From assembly GCF_009914755.1 (NCBI RefSeq), contig NC_060929.1: a DNA stretch of 64,000 nucleotides. The stretch is one strand, 5' to 3'. Below, piece after piece: positions 63,758 to 64,000 of this stretch. Positions within the stretch are counted from its first letter, which is position 1. Each line of letters opens with the position of its first letter. The notes under the pieces were generated by a model. The model made no database searches, had not been told where the DNA came from, and was given only the letters and a program-made list of their open reading frames with translations. The position numbers and the translations under genes are program-made. The DNA comes from the human T2T-CHM13v2.0 reference genome, Homo sapiens.

Positions 63758-64000
63758 ACAAACTCAGTAGCCCTGAGTTCCAGCCTAGTCTCTGAAAGGG
63801 ACTGGCAGTCATCATGTCTGTGCTCAATCTCAAGGTTTCATTTGGATGAAAATATAGCTGGCTGGCTGCAATGGCTTATGCCTGTAATCCCAGCATTTTG
63901 GGAGGCCAAAATCAGAGGATCGCTTGAGCCCAGGAGCACGAGATCAGCCTGAGCAACACAGTGAGACCCTCATCTCTACAAAAGATACAAAAACAGGCTG

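Overview
This is primate, almost certainly human, genomic DNA from the convergent TTC1 (+) / PWWP2A (-) locus, recognised from the encoded peptides. The window holds the last intron, last coding exon and 3'UTR of TTC1. It also holds most of PWWP2A: part of intron 1, the large coding exon 2 ending in the PWWP domain, and two downstream exons that give PWWP-less isoforms. Exon 1 lies beyond the right edge. The rest is repeat-rich: dozens of Alus, a near-full-length Tigger1 with both TIRs and TA TSDs, hAT-Charlie/MER5 elements, L1/L2/MIR fragments, an ERVL-type solo LTR and a 3'-truncated U6 retrocopy. Almost all short ORFs in the track are Alu translations or chance ORFs. I found no clearly new biological system. 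The best leads are: (i) a splice-versus-polyadenylation switch deciding whether PWWP2A keeps its PWWP reader domain, with a Pumilio-site-rich 3'UTR only on the PWWP+ form; (ii) a possible antisense exon chain across the TTC1 last exon ending at an LTR poly(A) signal; (iii) a nested 72-bp palindrome; (iv) a poly(A)-tailed ~56-bp LTR micro-retrocopy; (v) fossil repair scars inside Alus; and (vi) a very young AluY. Repeat boundaries and subfamily names are by eye and approximate.
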